Assembly: GCA_050949045.1 (NCBI GenBank)
Contig: JBMNEZ010000001.1
Location: 1,280,001-1,344,000 of the forward strand
DNA length: 64,000 bases
Source: Candidatus Izemoplasmatales bacterium
Lineage (GTDB): Bacteria > Bacillota_I > Bacilli_A > Izemoplasmatales > Hujiaoplasmataceae
Reading direction: 5' to 3'
The first letter of the stretch is position 1, and each line of letters begins with the position of its first letter. The notes beneath the pieces are model-generated. The model saw only the letters and a program-made list of their open reading frames with translations, was not told where the DNA came from and searched no databases. The position numbers and the translations under genes are program-made. Of this stretch, positions 61,244 to 64,000 are shown one piece after another.

Positions 61244-62449
61244 AGTCTTTCCATTTTGTCACTTTTCTAAAGAGAGCGATTGTCAAACAAAGATCAAAGC
61301 GACATTATAAAAAATGGAGGATCATGATTTCCTATAATGAATGGTTGAGGTTTTCATAAAACAGCTCCGCTATTACCACTACTAAAAGTTATTCTATTGA
61401 AATTCAAAACTCTTCATTTGTGAAATATTGAGTATAATGACTAAAACAATGACGGAGATTTGATGGGCACATAATCTCATTTAGCTGTTGTTGATCGATG
61501 CGCAAAACGATAACGACCAGCGGGAATATTTTTTGTCATTTTTTCGGCGCTATTGTTATCCGCTTATTTAACGTTAGACGGCCTATGTTAAAGATATCAG
61601 AGTCGATTTGAGCAATCGATTTTTTTGTTTTAAAATGGAATAGTTTTTGAAATAATACACATAAAATCTTTAAACAAACAAACACCATTTATAAGTGATT
61701 ATTTTAAAATTCACCACAATTCTGATTATTTGTAATAATAAATTAATTTTTCAAAAGCCAAGTTATTATTCAGGTTTTCCACGTTTCCTATATCCTGAAT
61801 TATCTTAAAAACTTCTTTTTTGAAAACAAAGGCACTATTGACATGAGTGGTAGTTGTATAAACACACAACAGTCAATCCAAAAGCACAAAAAAAGAAAAC
61901 CGCTTTTTGTAAGATGAATATTTCGCAACTTCTTTTATTGAACATCCATCTTTATATAATGCGATTTATCACTAAATAACTCCTTTTCATCTATGTAAAT
62001 TACGGGTTGTCGATTCAGCAAATTCTTGTGTCATTCAAATGTTGATTCACACTAAATTGCGCTTTATAATTATCTAAAAAGATAATTATGTAGTGGCATT
62101 TCATTTTACAAGATTTTATGGCTTGCTTTTTTAGTAAGTTTAAATAAGCGTTTGCATTACATTAATGATAGAAAGGCACAAAAAATAAGCATACAATGAT
62201 TGTCAAGGGTGCCGATTAGGGACCCTATAGTTCTATGGAGTAAAGACATGAAAAAATGCTTTGGTTTTTATGTGAATAAAACATTAATGATATTTATATA
62301 GAAAGGAGTTCGATGATATTTGAAATATGTTTTTACTCGTTCTATAATTTTTCAAAATAAATAAATAAGGAGGGTGAGAACAAAAAGCATAGGCTGATTT
62401 TTTAGATTTTAAAAAAAAGAAAAAATTTTTATCAAGGAGAAAGGAAAAG

Positions 62450-64000
62450 ATGAAAAGAAAAAGTAAGAATTATTTAAAAATGGCAATTGCATTTGTACTG
62501 GCGCTTTTTTTGACGGTTTCTGCACCGCTCGCTAGTATTGTTGCCGAAGCTCCAGAAAATTTTGAAGGGAAGTATTTCACTGACTTCAATTCGCTCGAAG
62601 ATGCAAAAAATGCTGCAATAGAACTGTCTCGCGAGATTGCACAGGAGGGTGACGTTCTCTTAAAAAATAAGGATAATGCACTCCCGCTGAGCGGAAATGA
62701 ATGGGTCAGCGTATTCGGCGTTAGGTCTGACAACCTCGTCGGCGCATCTGACAGTGCGGGCGCATTTTCAAGCAGTTCATCGACTAGCGATTCGACTTTG
62801 GCTTCTGCGCTTGAAGCTGCGGGACTCATAGTAAATCCCACTTTGAAAGACTTTTATGCAAACGACACATCAGGAATTGGCAACGAAAATACCCAGTTTA
62901 ACGGGCTGGTTAATAATTCGTTTGCTCTTTATGATGACGTGGCATTTATATTGCTTTCTAGATCGGGAGGAGAAGGCGGAGATGCATCGCGCGTAACCCA
63001 AGAAGTAGTTGGTGAAGACGATGATCATAAGGCCCTTTTGGCTAAGGAAGATAGCGAGGGCGTTGTTCGTCACTATAAACATTCACTCATGCTTACTAAT
63101 AGCGAAGAGGTATTAATCGATCTGGTAAAATCAAAATTCAAAAAAGTAGTCGTTATTCTAAATACTTCAAATGCCATGGAAATCGATGACTTAAAGAATG
63201 ATGACGGGATTGATGCTATTATCCATATCGGTCGTCCTGGTGTAGGTGGACTTGACGGGCTGGCAGATATTATTGTTGGTAAAGTTTCTCCTTCGGGTTC
63301 GCTGGTTGACGAATGGCCAGTAGACTTTACGGCAGACCCCATATGGTATAATTTCGGCAATAACAATCAGACTGCCGGATATCTGGGCGGCGCAGGAACT
63401 TCCGCATATTATCATGCCGATGGCACAAAGACGGGAGCTACTGGATATTCCACAGAATATGAAGGCAGAGAGGGTTACTACGGCATTGATTATGAAGAAG
63501 GAATTTATCTAGGCTATAAATACTACGAAACTGTATATACCGAGATAGCCTTAGGCAATCTCACCTATGAAGAAGGCGTTCTTTCAGAAGACCCCAATGC
63601 TGGTGACGATAAAGTCGCGCAAGCTAACGCGTGGTGGACCGACAACGTCGCTTATCCATTCGGCTATGGACTGTCTTATACAACTTTCAGTTTTGACGCC
63701 AAGGGCTTGTTTACGGATGAGTCATGCGAAACCGCACTCGGAAGTTCGGTAAACGCTACTAAATTCAATTCCTCATTGGGCAACAAAGCACAAGTCGATA
63801 AACTATATCTTCCTGTTGAAGTGAGAAATACGGGAACAGTTGCAGGCAAACAGACTGTTCAGGTTTACGTTACCGCTCCTTATATCAACGGCGGTGTAGA
63901 AAAATCAGCTGTGACTTTAGTCGGATTTGCAAAGACCGATACGCTTCAACCGGGTAAAGCTCAGACTGTAGTGGTCGAGTTCAATGTCCAGGATATGGCT
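62450..64000 (+). CDS. Secreted GH3 glycosidase with inverted domain order (runs off window; absent from ORF track)
   Basis: MKRKSKNYLKMAIAFVLALFL signal; EGDVLLKNKDNALPL, YEEGIYLGYKYYET, YPFGYGLSYTTF, Fn3-like VRNTGTVAGKQTVQVY. Confidence 0.9.
   Translation, partial: MKRKSKNYLKMAIAFVLALFLTVSAPLASIVAEAPENFEGKYFTDFNSLEDAKNAAIELSREIAQEGDVLLKNKDNALPLSGNEWVSVFGVRSDNLVGASDSAGAFSSSSSTSDSTLASALEAAGLIVNPTLKDFYANDTSGIGNENTQFNGLVNNSFALYDDVAFILLSRSGGEGGDASRVTQEVVGEDDDHKALLAKEDSEGVVRHYKHSLMLTNSEEVLIDLVKSKFKKVVVILNTSNAMEIDDLKNDDGIDAIIHIGRPGVGGLDGLADIIVGKVSPSGSLVDEWPVDFTADPIWYNFGNNNQTAGYLGGAGTSAYYHADGTKTGATGYSTEYEGREGYYGIDYEEGIYLGYKYYETVYTEIALGNLTYEEGVLSEDPNAGDDKVAQANAWWTDNVAYPFGYGLSYTTFSFDAKGLFTDESCETALGSSVNATKFNSSLGNKAQVDKLYLPVEVRNTGTVAGKQTVQVYVTAPYINGGVEKSAVTLVGFAKTDTLQPGKAQTVVVEFNVQDMA

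Overview
Core-chromosome window of a low-GC Gram-positive-lineage bacterium. The gene set, the many Thr-rich lipoproteins and TGA used as a stop suggest a standard-code Mollicutes/Bacilli organism such as Izemoplasmatales (inference). Order: housekeeping block (glnS partial, pcrA, ligA, uvrA, hprK, lgt, whiA, acpS, tex); two tRNA-Ser genes followed by two AT-rich single-gene units bounded by a conserved ~47-bp element; a lysine-fermentation operon (maoC, relic of a CoA-transferase, kal-kce-kdd-kamA-kamB-kamD-kamE-pduO) behind a cre site and a lysine riboswitch wired as an ON switch; a glutamate methylaspartate operon (glmS-glmL-glmE-mal plus citDEF-citC-citXG, probably citramalate lyase); tRNA-Val and tRNA-Thr followed by a fourth copy of the same element and an accessory region (ArsR, orphan fluoride riboswitch, Zn-ADH); a LacI-associated beta-mannan utilisation locus built from stalked lipoproteins; and the start of a domain-permuted GH3. 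Most notable: (1) an integrase-less, tRNA-anchored gene-cassette array whose boundary element recurs at a second, different tRNA; (2) 4-3-2 graded Ig stalks on the mannan capture, hydrolysis and import lipoproteins; (3) an Lgt fused to its own lipoprotein signal and a B-repeat-like domain; (4) decay lesions in the lysine operon. All family calls are from motif recognition by eye; no searches were run.
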